Of a DNA stretch of 64,000 nt, positions 22,623 through 32,707 are shown in pieces. The notes under the pieces are model-generated. The model saw nothing but the letters and a program-made list of their open reading frames with translations. It was not told where the DNA came from and searched no databases. The first letter of the stretch is position 1. Each line of letters opens with the position of its first letter. Source of the DNA: an uncultured Spirochaetota bacterium (GTDB lineage Bacteria > Spirochaetota > Spirochaetia > SZUA-6 > CAVTHK01); NCBI GenBank assembly GCA_963734495.1, contig CAVTHK010000007.1, positions 288,001 through 352,000 on the forward strand. The letters are read 5' to 3'. The position numbers were made by a program, and so were the translations under genes.

Positions 22623-23439
22623 TTACCGGTCCCAGGTCGTGCCCCAGACCTTCTGGAGGGTCTGCGGATCCTCCAGCTCGTCTCCGTCGTACCGGGATTC
22701 GTACAGATCGGTCAGCACCTTGAGGTGGTCGAAGTAGACGTAGAAATCGTCGACCCGCTCCTCCGGCCTCGTCCAGAGCGTGAACTTGGTCAGCCTCAGG
22801 TTGCGGAAGCGCGGCACGGTGGCCGCGGACTGCGACAGATAGGCGGGGATCTCGATCCTCAGATCCTTCCACCCGAAGAAGTTGAGGTCCCCCATCTTGA
22901 TCACGTAGTCGATGCCGCGCCAGTCTTCGAGGTGCACGTCGAGGTAGTACTTGAGGTTTGAGCCCCAGACCCACAGGTCGAGGTAGAAGACCTTGCCGGG
23001 CAGCTCGATCGGCCGCGAAACGTACTTCTTTCCGCTCGAGATGTCCTGGTAGACAATCGTCGACGGGTCGGCGTCGGCGGGCGCCTCGCCCGCGGGCACG
23101 ATCTCGATAAAGTTGTATCCGCGGCGATCGAACTTGCCGTGGATGCCCAACGTGCCGCGGTCCTGCTTGTCTCCGGAGCGGCCGAAAAGGGCGAGCGGAT
23201 AGCCCGGGCACGGCGGCGGTGACCGGGTACATCCGCGTGGCCTTGCCGTTCTGGTCCCTCTCGATGGTCGTGAACTTGCTGCCGCGCGCGATCCAGCGGC
23301 TCGTCGGATTGGAGTCGAAATCCTCGATGACTCGGGACTCGAGGTTGGCTGTGGGCAGGCCCTGTGCGCCCGCGATGTACGCGGCGGCTGCGAATATCTG
23401 CACGAACAAGCATCTCGCGAACCTTGTGCCGGCTGCCAT
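22623..23439 (-). CDS. flaA: flagellar filament outer-layer protein FlaA (frameshift near 23200)
   Basis: N-terminus with LESRVIEDFD...WIARGSKF; C-terminus FDRRGYNFIEI, LDLWVWGSN, GDLNFFGWKDL, FYVYFDHLK. Confidence 0.87.
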
Positions 23440-23515
23440 CCCTCTCTCCTTGTCAGGCCATCAGACCTCTCGGTCCAGCGAAGAGGTGATCGAGCATTAC
23501 CTCATTCAACGAGGA

Positions 23516-23543
23516 ATTATACTCCGGGTCCGGGCTTTGTCAA
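23516..23543 (-). promoter_or_regulatory. sigma70-type promoter for the flaA pair
   Basis: TTGACA-N16-TATAAT, both hexamers match consensus exactly, about 75 nt upstream of flaA. Confidence 0.8.
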
Positions 23544-23596
23544 ACAATTTTCCCTGTCGCGCGTCGCGCGCGCGAAAAACCGTGCACCGCTTGCGC

Positions 23597-24499
23597 CTAA
23601 CAGCTATCACGGCGGCGCGGGCCGTACGCGGCTGACCCGGCTCGCGCGGCGCACGGCCAGGCAGCGCCGTGAGCGAGCCTGCGCGCAACGACCAGTCGCC
23701 CCGGAAGACGGATCTCTCGCGAAGCCCGCCACTCCGCTGCGGGTGCGAGCGCCGCTTCGACCGCGGCGCTCCAGTCCGGCTCCACCGTGGCGAGAACGAC
23801 GGTCGCGAACGCCGCGCTCGTCTCCTGTCCTTCGACGATAGCAAGACGCCGCGCCCCTCGAGCATCTCCAGGCACTGCGGAGTGGCCGACCGCAGCGCCA
23901 CGAGAAAAAGCCGCACGCCCTGGGCGAACAGGTCGTCGACCGCGCGGCGCAGCTCGGTCCGATCCGAGGACGCGGCGATCGTCCGCTCGCGAAGGCGGGC
24001 AGGCGCGCCGGTGCTGAGGAATCCCTCGCGGAACGCCGACGCCGCTCCGCTCGCGGCGGGGGCGAGCACGCCGACCACGCAGTCCGGCCCCGCCGCGGCC
24101 GCGCGCCGGCCCGCCTCGGCGAACGCCTCCTCGGGCGAGTAGCGCAGGACCGCGACGTTGGCCGCCCGCGCGCCCTGCACGGGCCCGGCGACGAGCACCA
24201 GCGTGCCCGGCAGCGCCGACGCGATCGCTGCGGCAGAGGGGGCCGCGGGCGGGCCCGCGAGGAGAAGCGCCGGAGGCCGGCGCCGCAATGCCTCGGGCAC
24301 GCTCGCGTCCGTAGGGGTGACGACCTCGAGCCCGAGACCGTGCGCGCTTGCGACGCGCGCGAGAGCGCGGCTCGACGGACGCGCCCGCGGCCTCCCACCA
24401 CAGCGGATCGGCCAGCACGGCGATGCGTCGGCCGGCCCCGCAGCCGGAAACCGCGAGCACCGCGAGCGTCACGAGCGCGGCGAGAATCCACCGCCGCAC
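23597..24499 (-). CDS. hypothetical lipoprotein, possibly periplasmic-binding-like (frameshifted)
   Basis: GTG start MRRWILAALVTLAVLAVSGC (lipobox); protein-like text continues through several frames; end approximate. Confidence 0.55.
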   Translation of the reverse strand: MRRWILAALVTLAVLAVSGCGAGRRIAVLADPLWWEAAGASVEPRSRARRKRARSRARGRHPYGRERARGIAAPASGASPRGPARGPLCRSDRVGAAGHAGARRRARAGRAGGQRRGPALLARGGVRRGGPARGRGGAGLRGRRARPRRERSGVGVPRGIPQHRRACPPSRADDRRVLGSDRAAPRGRRPVRPGRAAFSRGAAVGHSAVPGDARGARRLAIVEGQETSAAFATVVLATVEPDWSAAVEAALAPAAEWRASREIRLPGRLVVARRLAHGAAWPCAARAGSAAYGPRRRDSC

Positions 24500-24510
24500 G
24501 GGGGCGGCCC

Positions 24511-25158
24511 TCAGAAGAGCTCCTTCCGCGCCCATGCGACAGCCGATAGCGACGCGAGCCCGGCCGCTACCGCAAGCGCGGCGATCGTGTAGTGCGTGCG
24601 CTCCAGGCACGTTGCCACGCCGGCGGCAAAAGGAAGCGCGACGTACGCCGCCGCGTAAGCGACACGGAAGAACCCGTAGGATTCGAAGTACACGACCATC
24701 AGCAGAGACGAAAGCAGGAGCATCACGAGGCGCAGCACCGGAAGCAGCAGCGCCGCGTACATGTCCGGCTCCCGCCACTGCCCGAGCATGAGCGCCACCG
24801 CCACCATCGTGTAGAAGCCGGAGGAGAAACTGAAGAAGTCGTCCCACCGGCGCCGGCCCGCCTCGTTCTCGAGCGTGCCGTAGCCGCGGATCAGGAGCCA
24901 GCCCGCGGTCACGGCCGCGTGCAGCCCGAGGTGGTCCACCGCCGTCAGCTCCAGGTAGTGGGGGAAAGCGCGATAAGTCTCGGGGAGAGCGGCACGGAGG
25001 ATCGCCGGCACGAGCAGCGAGGGGACCGCGACCGCCGCCCCCTGCAGCGCCCGGCCCAGCCCCGCGCGTGAGCGACGCTCGTCGCCGAGAGACATGAGGA
25101 TGAAATAGGCCGCAGGCACCGACAGGACGAGGAAGAGGTACACGCCTTCAGACGCCAC
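24511..25158 (-). CDS. hypothetical multi-pass membrane protein
   Basis: several hydrophobic segments in ORF 24511..25218; start uncertain. Confidence 0.7.
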   Translation of the reverse strand: MASEGVYLFLVLSVPAAYFILMSLGDERRSRAGLGRALQGAAVAVPSLLVPAILRAALPETYRAFPHYLELTAVDHLGLHAAVTAGWLLIRGYGTLENEAGRRRWDDFFSFSSGFYTMVAVALMLGQWREPDMYAALLLPVLRLVMLLLSSLLMVVYFESYGFFRVAYAAAYVALPFAAGVATCLERTHYTIAALAVAAGLASLSAVAWARKELF

Positions 25159-25457
25159 CGGAAGGTTCGCGATGATGACCGACAGCCGCCGCCGGGGGCG
25201 TGCCGGCGGTCCGCTCACGAAGGCCGACCGCAGCCTCCGCAGCGGCAGGCTCCATACACCGTTTCACGGCGCGGAGGATAGCACACGGGTCGTCTCCGGT
25301 CAAAGCAAGGTGCCCGCGGTTTCTGCGGTCCGCGGGGGTGCCGCGGCCGGCGGGCTCGGCGCACCGCCGCCGCGCGCGAGCCGGGCGCGGGTGGCCTGAC
25401 GCCATCGTCAGGTTGACACTGCAGCGGGGCGCAGCTACGCTTTCGGCTGGAAAAACC

Positions 25458-28400
25458 GTGAGTCCGAGAACGTACTCGCCGGGGAGAAAGACGGTCGTCT
25501 CGCTTCTCAAGAGCTACTACGACGAGGAGATATTCTCCCTCCTCATCCGGGAGTTCTATTCGGCGGACCGGGCCGTGAGCCTGGAGGCTATCGAGAGCTC
25601 CGCTTCGCTCGGCAACGAGCTCGCGGTCCCGCACCTCTACCGCATCCTCGAGGCGGGAAGCCTGGAGCAGAAGATCGCGGCGGCGCGGGCGCTCGCCGAG
25701 ATCAGGGCGCCGTCTTCGGTCGAGCACCTGATCCGCTACTACTCGCTGTTCTCCGAGACCGCGCTCAAGCGCGAGCTGCTCGCCGCCGCCAACCGCATCG
25801 CGGCGCACGAGGAGGCCGTTCAGGAGCTCGACCGCAACGTGCTGCAGACGCCGGGAGTCGACGCGGATCTGGCCGCCGAGGCTCTCGCCGGGCTCATCGA
25901 CGCGGGCCGGGCGGACGTCGCGCGGACGCACCTCGCCTCGGCGCCGACGGCGGCGCAGCTCGCCGCGCTGCGGCGGCTGGCGGAGCTCGACGGCGAGCGC
26001 AGCCCCGGCCTCCTCGACGCGTTCCGCGAGCGCCTGGATGCGCTCGCGCCCGAGGTGCTCGGCCGCACGATCGCCGTCATCGCCGTCCGCGACGTGCCGG
26101 CTCTCCACGCGCAGCTCGTCGACCGGCTGAGGCGCGCGCAGCCGCACGTCACGCGGGCCTTTCTCGCGGCCCTCACCGAGGCGCCGGCCCCCCTTCCCCA
26201 CCCCAAGCACATGTTCCGCCTCGCGCTCGTCGCTCCGCACGTGGACTTCGAGACCGAGGCGGTCGTAGGCGGCCTCGTGCAGCGGATCGTCCGGGAGGCG
26301 ACGTCCGCGCCGGTCGGCGCCCCTCTCGTATTTCTGCTTTACGGTCTCGACGCTCCTCGACAGCGTGTTCGCCCGCGTGCGCAAGGACTTCCTCTCGATC
26401 AGGGGGGTCAAGGGGCGCAGCAGCCTTCTCGTCGTCGTCCTCGCGAAGCTCATCGAGCGCTACGCTTCGCCGCGGCTGCTGCAGCGGGCGCAGAGCCACT
26501 TCCAGGGCAGCCTCCGCGCGAGCGCCGAGGATCTCGCGCGGGAGCTCGAAGCGGCCATGGCCGACGCGCCCGAGGAGGACCACAACCAGAGGCGCGCGGC
26601 CGACTCCCTGTTCGCGGCGCGCAGCCCGAGGCTGCGCATCCTGATCTCGTCGCAGCTTGCGTGCGTCAACCTCGACCGGCCCAACCTGATCCGCAGGCTC
26701 AACCGCCTCGTGCGGGTCGCCGGGCTGCTCCGGGCCAGGGCGACGGCCGCACGGGTCGCCGAGATCCTGGAGTTCGCCCGCGACGAGCGGATCGGCTTCC
26801 TCGAGGAGACGAGCGTCGTCACGCTCTGTCAGCTCGCGCACCGCAAGACCCTCGAAGGCCTGAGGGAGTCGCTCGAACGATCCTGAGAGGGCCGCCACGA
26901 CCGTCCGCGGCTACATCCGGGGCGCGCGCTGGCTGGCGCCCCGCCCCCTGCTTCCGACGATGGCGCGCCTGCTCGCGAGGCCGGATCTCTCGAGCGCCGC
27001 CAGGGCGCTTGCGCTGGAGACGCTCGAGGCCTGGGATCTCTCGCGCGAGCCGGCGACGCTCGGGACGCTCTTCGGCGTCCTCGACCGCGGGACGCTCGCC
27101 GACGGCGAGGCGCAGCGGCTGGGCGACCTGCTGGCCCGCAGCGCGCTGCCGTCGAACGCCGCGCTGCTCATCGACATGAGCCGCAGCGGCGACGCCGTCG
27201 TCAAACGCGCCGCGGCGCGCGCCCTGCGCAACATCGCGGGCCGGGAGGAGCTCGCGGAGCGCGATCTGCTCACCAACGCGCTGTACGCGCTGCTCGACAG
27301 CCACCGGCTGGACGATCGAGGTGCCCGCGCTGCTCGGGCTCGTCAAGCTGGGCGACGACTACGCGCGGCAGGTCCTCACGGAGAACCTGCGCCGGGCGAG
27401 ACGAAGACTACCTGCTCGCGTTCCTGCCCGAGATCGGGGACGAGATCGAACCCGAAATGGTGCCGGAGATCCTCGGTCTGCTCGCCCACCCGGGCCCCCA
27501 GGTGCAGGCGCGGCTGGGCGATGCGCTCGCCCGGCTCGCGGCGGGACGGCTGGCCGAGCAGATACGGGCGGGCCTCATCCGGGCCCTCAAGGGCACAGCG
27601 CGGCCCGCGGCCGAGGCCGCGCCCGCGTGACCACGCCCCCGCTGGCGGACCGGGCCAAGAGCGAGTACCGGTTCCGACGCGAGAACGTCCAGGTGCTGAC
27701 GGTCCTCTTCGTCGACATGGTCGGGTACACCGAGCGCACCGCTGCGTCGGACACGACCTCGCTCCTGAGCACCATCCAGGCGTTCGAGGATGTGGTCCTC
27801 CCGCAGATCGACGCCTACGACGGCCGGCTCATCAAGAAGATGGGCGACGGAGTGCTTGCCGTCTTCAAGCACCCGCTCAAGGCGGCCCTGGCGGCCCTGG
27901 CGCTCCAGGGGAGGATCCGCTCCCACAACGAGTTCCGGCTGGAGCGCGAGAAGCTCCTCGTCCGTGTCGGGCTGAACACGGGGCTGGTCGTCCGCAAGGG
28001 CGGCGACGTTTTCGGAGACGTGGTGAACGTCGCGGCCCGCATGCAGGCTTCGGCCAACCCGGGCGAGATCCTCCTCACCCATGAGACCTACCAGGAGATC
28101 CGCGAGCTCGTGGTCTGCACGCCGCTCGGCGCGATCCAGGTCAAGGGCAAGAAGGAGCCGATCATGGCGTACTCCGCGACGGAGGTGCTCGGCGGCGCCG
28201 AAGGCATGATCGGGAGCCTCGGCACCGGCACCGAGCGGCAGCTGGCGGAGCTCATGCTCACCGAGACGATCGTCGAGCCCGCGTACGTCTTTCCTTCGGG
28301 CGCTCCCGTGGAGGATGGAGTGGCGGAGACGCTCAGCGGTATCTTCCAGGACATCACGCGCGCGGGAGAAGAGCTCACACGCGACTATCACGAGGAAGGC

Positions 28401-28469
28401 GCGTTCAAGAGATACCTGCAGGAGAAGTGGGACGAGCTGGTGCATCGGATCGGCCGTGATGCGCCGTGA
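25458..28469 (+). CDS. HEAT-like repeat protein with C-terminal class III adenylate/guanylate cyclase domain (frameshifted)
   Basis: HEAT-like AVPHLYRIL..KIAAARALAEI and VKRAAARALRNI; cyclase VLFVDMVGYT, IKKMGDGVLAVF, RVGLNTG, DVFGDVVNVAARMQ. Confidence 0.82.
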
Positions 28470-28488
28470 CACGCCGTGATGCGCCCCT

Positions 28489-28517
28489 TTGACTAACAGC
28501 CGAGGTGCTGCTATAAT
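28489..28517 (+). promoter_or_regulatory. sigma70-type promoter of the infC operon
   Basis: TTGACT-N17-TATAAT with extended -10 TG. Confidence 0.8.
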
Positions 28518-28591
28518 CTTGCGTCATACTGCGAGCGGACCGCGCCCCGGGCGCGCGGCGCGCGCGACATAACGGGGGCAGAGGGAACAGG

Positions 28592-29110
28592 TTGGCAGGC
28601 AAGGAATTACGGATCAACCACATGATCCGCGTGCGGGAGGTCAGGCTCATCGACGGAGAGGGTGGCCAGCGGGGGGTTGTCCCCATCGCCGAAGCCCTTC
28701 GCCTGGCGGGCGAGGCGGGGCTGGACCTGGTCGAGGTTTCACCGACCGCACAGCCGCCGGTGTGCAAGCTGCTGGATTACGGGAAGTTCAAGTACGAGCA
28801 GGAGAAGAAGACCAAGGAGTCCAACAAGCGCCAGAAGCAGCTGCGGCTCAAGGAAGTCCGCATGCAGCCCAAGATCGACGGGCATGACCTGGCGTTCAAG
28901 ACCAAGCACATCCAGGGCTTTCTCGAAGAGGGCAGCAAGGTAAAGGTCACGGTCCGATTCCGGGGCCGTGAGCTCGCGCACACCGAGCTGGGGCGCGAGG
29001 TTCTCGAGAAGGTTCTCGGCCTCCTGTCGATCCCGCACACCGTCGAGCGGGCACCGATGATGGAAGGCCGGTTCATGTCGATGTTCGTCGGCCCCAAGGC
29101 CAAGAAGTAG
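28592..29110 (+). CDS. infC: translation initiation factor IF-3
   Basis: [48 protein letters not shown]; non-ATG (TTG) start. Confidence 0.97.
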   Translation: MAGKELRINHMIRVREVRLIDGEGGQRGVVPIAEALRLAGEAGLDLVEVSPTAQPPVCKLLDYGKFKYEQEKKTKESNKRQKQLRLKEVRMQPKIDGHDLAFKTKHIQGFLEEGSKVKVTVRFRGRELAHTELGREVLEKVLGLLSIPHTVERAPMMEGRFMSMFVGPKAKK

Positions 29111-29193
29111 AGGCGGCCGAAGACCGCCGTCAAGAGAGGCGGCGGACGCCGCGAACCCCGCGGCAGCGATTTGCCGCGATGCAGGAGCACTCG

Positions 29194-29391
29194 ATGCCAA
29201 AGATGAAGACTCACAAGAGCGCCGCGAAGCGGTACAAGATCACCGCGACCGGCAAGGTCAAGTACAAGAAGCAGGGACTGCGGCACATCCTCACCAAGAA
29301 GACGACGAAGCGCAAGAGGAAGCTGAGGCACAGCGGCATCCTCAACGCCGTCGAGGCTCGCCGCGCCAGAACTCTGCTTCCCTACGGCTAG
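29194..29391 (+). CDS. rpmI: 50S ribosomal protein L35
   Basis: [21 protein letters not shown]...HILTKK. Confidence 0.97.
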   Translation: MPKMKTHKSAAKRYKITATGKVKYKKQGLRHILTKKTTKRKRKLRHSGILNAVEARRARTLLPYG

Positions 29392-29400
29392 GAGGACAAG

Positions 29401-29757
29401 ATGCCGCGTGCCGTAGACGGAACGCACCACAAGGACATCCGCAAGAAGGTCCTCAGACAGGCCAAGGGATTCTGGGGACGCCGCAGCAAGACCTACCGCG
29501 CGGCCAAGGACGCGGTCGCCAAGGCGCTCGCCTACGCGTATCGCGACCGGCGCGCGCGCAAGCGCGAGTTCCGCAACCTGTGGATCGCCCGCATCTCCGC
29601 GGCCTGCCGCAGGGACGGCATGACCTACTCGCGGTTCATCAAGGGTCTCTCGACGGCGGGGGTCCAGATCAACCGCAAGGCGCTGTCCAACATGGCGATC
29701 GAGGATCCGTCGGCGTTTGCCGCCCTCGTCGCCCGCGCCCGCGAGTCGGTCGGCTGA
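29401..29757 (+). CDS. rplT: 50S ribosomal protein L20
   Basis: AYRDRRARKREFRNLWIARI, INRKALSNMAIED. Confidence 0.97.
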   Translation: MPRAVDGTHHKDIRKKVLRQAKGFWGRRSKTYRAAKDAVAKALAYAYRDRRARKREFRNLWIARISAACRRDGMTYSRFIKGLSTAGVQINRKALSNMAIEDPSAFAALVARARESVG

Positions 29758-29762
29758 ACGCG

Positions 29763-30155
29763 ATGGTGAGCCTCGATCAGATCCGCCAGCTCGAAGACAA
29801 GGTCAACCGCGCCGTCGAGATCATCCGGGTTCTGAAAGAAGAAAACCGGACCCTGAGGCGGACGGTCGAGGGCTCCCGGGCGCGCATGAAGGAGCTCGAG
29901 GACCTGGTGCGCGTGTTCAAGAACGACCAGGCCGAAATCGAGCGCGGCCTGGTGAGCGCCATCCGCAAGCTGGACCAGCTCGAGGACGGGCTGGACGCCG
30001 CGCGCCGGCCGGCGCCGGAGCCATCGGCCGCGTCGCAGCCGGTGCCGCCGGTGCCGGACCCGCCGGCTGCGGAGCGGGCGGCGGCCGCGGAGGATGCGCC
30101 GCGATCGGCGGCTGAAGCCGCCGGCGCCGGCCCGGGACAGCTCGACATCTTCTAG
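29763..30155 (+). CDS. zapB: cell division protein ZapB-like coiled-coil protein
   Basis: MVSLDQIRQLEDKVNRAVEIIRVLKEEN coiled coil, upstream of zapA; ends QLDIF. Confidence 0.7.
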   Translation: MVSLDQIRQLEDKVNRAVEIIRVLKEENRTLRRTVEGSRARMKELEDLVRVFKNDQAEIERGLVSAIRKLDQLEDGLDAARRPAPEPSAASQPVPPVPDPPAAERAAAAEDAPRSAAEAAGAGPGQLDIF

Positions 30156-30245
30156 CGGCGTGTCGAATTTTGCGCGAGCCGTTGCTCAAGAAGCAACGGG
30201 GTGGCAGGCCGCGGCGCACCGCGGCCGGTCTGAACGGGGCGCCTG

Positions 30246-30545
30246 ATGGAGACGAGCCGCCTCAAGGTGGACATGCTCGGGACCTCTTTCCAGATCCGGG
30301 CAAACGAAGATTCCGCCTACCTGAAAGGCGTGCTCGACTACCTGCGCGAAAAGGTCGACGAGGTTCGCACCGCCGTCGGGCCGGCGGACCCGCTGAAGAT
30401 CGCGCTGCTGGCCGCCCTCAACCTCGTGGACGAGCTCTTCAAGGAAAAGCAGAGGGGCCTCGGAGTGCGCCCGGGCGAGTACGCCGAGATCGGGCGCATC
30501 ACCGAGAGCCTCATCGCGCGCATCGACCGCAGCCTCGGAGAGTGA
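30246..30545 (+). CDS. zapA: cell division protein ZapA
   Basis: KVDMLGTSFQI...YLKGVLDYL...KIALLAALNLVDELFK. Confidence 0.88.
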   Translation: METSRLKVDMLGTSFQIRANEDSAYLKGVLDYLREKVDEVRTAVGPADPLKIALLAALNLVDELFKEKQRGLGVRPGEYAEIGRITESLIARIDRSLGE

Positions 30546-30557
30546 CGGGGGCCCCCG

Positions 30558-31538
30558 TCAGCAATCGGCCAGCACGGCTTCCCGGTCCATCTGCTCGAGG
30601 CTGCAGCCTTCGACGCTCACGACGGCGGCGCCGATGCTGTTGGCGATGCGGCTGCAGTGGGCCGTCGACCTTCCGATGAGCAGGCCGTAGAGGAAGCCGG
30701 CGGCGAAGAAATCGCCCGCGCCGATCGTGTCGACGACCTTTGCCGGTTTTGCCGGGGTCGCGATGATCTCGCCCCGGTGATTGACGACGCAGCCATCGGC
30801 CCCGGTCTTCATCACCACCAGAGGAGCGAGCTCCCCCGCGCGGGCCGCGAGCTCGCGATCGCTGCCCTGCTCGCCCACGAGCAGAGTGATCTCCTGCCGG
30901 TTGCCGAACAGCAGATCGACCCGCCCCGGAATCCACTCCAGGAACGCGTCGCGATACCGCCGCACGGCGAAGGGGTCGGCGACGTCGAACGCCACCGGAA
31001 CGCCCCGCCGGCGCGCCTCGGCGGCCCGGCCCTCGACCGCGGTCCGCTGGTTCCCGGTGTCCCACATGTAGCCGGTGACGTAGAGCCACCGCGCGTCCGG
31101 GAACGGCTCGTCGCAATCCGCAGGCCCGAAGCTGCGGCTCGCGGCGAGGCAGGTGAACATCGTCCGCTCGTGGTCCGGCGTGACTATGATCGTGGAGGTC
31201 CCCGTGGCGCCGGCCTTGCGCACGAGGCGCGGCTCTACCCCGAGGACACGGAGCTGACGCTCGTACAGACCTCCGATCTCGTCCCGGCCGATGGCCCCGG
31301 CATACAACGGCTGATCGATCGTGCCGCCGCTGAGCCACGCCAGCCCCCGCAGCGTGTTGGCCGCGCTCCCGCCCGGAACCATCTTCGCGACCGTCACCTG
31401 CTCGAGGAGACGCGCCCTCGTCGGCTCGTCAATGAGGTTCATCGTGCCCGCGGTGGCGCCCAGGGCAGCGAGGACGTCGAACCCTGCGTACACCACCATG
31501 TCCATGAGCGGGTTGCAGATGCCATATACGGAATACAA
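30558..31538 (-). CDS. PfkB-family carbohydrate/adenosine kinase
   Basis: GGSAANT, DLLFGNRQE, C-terminal DTIGAGDFFAAGFL signature. Confidence 0.9.
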   Translation of the reverse strand: MYSVYGICNPLMDMVVYAGFDVLAALGATAGTMNLIDEPTRARLLEQVTVAKMVPGGSAANTLRGLAWLSGGTIDQPLYAGAIGRDEIGGLYERQLRVLGVEPRLVRKAGATGTSTIIVTPDHERTMFTCLAASRSFGPADCDEPFPDARWLYVTGYMWDTGNQRTAVEGRAAEARRRGVPVAFDVADPFAVRRYRDAFLEWIPGRVDLLFGNRQEITLLVGEQGSDRELAARAGELAPLVVMKTGADGCVVNHRGEIIATPAKPAKVVDTIGAGDFFAAGFLYGLLIGRSTAHCSRIANSIGAAVVSVEGCSLEQMDREAVLADC

Positions 31539-31627
31539 TCGAATCTCCCGGCGCTGGATTACGACCCGAAGTCATATAACGGCGGCCGCCGCTAGTCAAC
31601 GCGGTCGGCCGGGGGAAATTCCGGGGC

Positions 31628-31654
31628 TCAAGTTTATGGGGGGGCCGTCGATAG
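31628..31654 (+). promoter_or_regulatory. sigma28 (FliA)-type promoter of flaB
   Basis: TCAAGTTT-N11-GTCGATAG versus consensus TAAAGTTT-N11-GCCGATAA, upstream of flagellin. Confidence 0.78.
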
Positions 31655-31801
31655 TTTGATCGGGGGGAATGGGCTGCGCGCCGTCCGGGCGCGGGCCCCG
31701 CCTCCCCCGTATCTATTATCGGACGAAGTGGAAGCGAGGCTTAGGCCCGACTTTCCCGAAGGAGGCAGGCGGACAGGAGATTTCCCCCATTCCCCGACCG
31801 A

Positions 31802-31815
31802 GGGCAGGGACGCCC
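31802..31815 (+). promoter_or_regulatory. putative CsrA-binding hairpin in first flaB leader
   Basis: GGGC-AGGGAC-GCCC, GGA in loop, upstream of SD CAAGGAGG. Confidence 0.6.
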
Positions 31816-31846
31816 CGGCAAGCATCGAATTTCAAGGAGGAAACAC

Positions 31847-32707
31847 GTGATCATCAACCACAACATGAGCGCGATCTTCGCGCAGCGCCAGCTCAAGCTC
31901 AACGACCTGGCGACGAACAAGGACATCGAGAAGCTGTCGAGCGGCATGCGGATCAACCGCGCCGGCGACGACGCTTCGGGACTGGCGGTGTCCGAGAAGA
32001 TGAGATCCCAGATCCGGGGCCTGCGTCAGGCGGAAAAGAACGCCGAGAACGGGATTTCCTTTATCCAGGTGACGGAGGGGTTCCTCCAGGAGACCCAGGA
32101 CGTGCTGCAGCGCATCCGCGAGCTGGCCGTCCAGTCGTCCAACGGCATCTATACGCCCGAGGACCGGATGCAGATCCAGGTCGAGGTCTCCCAGCTCATC
32201 GACGAGATCGACCGCGTGGCTTCGCACGGCCAGTTCAACGGCATGACGCTGCTCACGGGACGCTTCGCGCGGGAAGAGGGCCAGAACGTCATCACGGCTT
32301 CGATGTACTTCCACATCGGCGCCAACATGGACCAGAGGGAGCGCGTGTTCATCGGCACGATGACTTCCGACGCCCTCGGAGTGCGCGACATCGCCAGCCG
32401 GCAGATCATCACCCTCTCGACGCCGGACGGCTCCAACCGCTCCATCGGCATCGTCGACGAGGCCCTCAAGCGCGTCAACAAGCAGCGCGCGGACCTCGGG
32501 GCCTACCAGAACCGCCTCGAGATGGCCGCGCAGGGCATCGCGATCGGCGCCGAGAACCTCCAGGCGGCCGAGTCCGGCATCCGGGACGCCAACATGGCCG
32601 AGCAGATGGTGAACTTCACCAAGAACACGATTCTCGTGCAGTCGGCGACGGCCATGCTGGCGCATGCGAACGTGAAGACCCAGTCCGTGTTGCAACTGCT
32701 CGGGTGA
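31847..32707 (+). CDS. flaB: flagellar filament core protein FlaB (flagellin)
   Basis: [46 protein letters not shown]. Confidence 0.97.
   Translation: MIINHNMSAIFAQRQLKLNDLATNKDIEKLSSGMRINRAGDDASGLAVSEKMRSQIRGLRQAEKNAENGISFIQVTEGFLQETQDVLQRIRELAVQSSNGIYTPEDRMQIQVEVSQLIDEIDRVASHGQFNGMTLLTGRFAREEGQNVITASMYFHIGANMDQRERVFIGTMTSDALGVRDIASRQIITLSTPDGSNRSIGIVDEALKRVNKQRADLGAYQNRLEMAAQGIAIGAENLQAAESGIRDANMAEQMVNFTKNTILVQSATAMLAHANVKTQSVLQLLG

Noticed and set aside
19483-28469. Pycsar/CBASS-like defence system (cyclase plus cNMP-binding protein)
   Set aside because: The genes are 5 kb apart on opposite strands among housekeeping genes, the cyclase has ATP-type specificity residues, and the cNMP protein is a histidine kinase, not a TM or TIR effector.
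5711-28469. Calling the frameshifted genes pseudogenes or programmed frameshifts
   Set aside because: Core genes such as atpE and flaA are affected, motifs are intact, and I saw no consistent slippery sites; sequencing error is more likely.
28453-28485. 10-bp unit GCCGTGA(T/C)(G/A)C repeated about three times at the cyclase stop
   Set aside because: Too short, no spacers and no cas genes; a small local duplication, not a CRISPR array.
30546-31800. 6S RNA expected downstream of zapA, or the first flaB leader as 6S RNA
   Set aside because: Only 12 nt separate zapA from the convergent PfkB gene. The rod-like element at 31660-31797 is short and sits directly behind a sigma28-like promoter, so a leader is the simpler reading.
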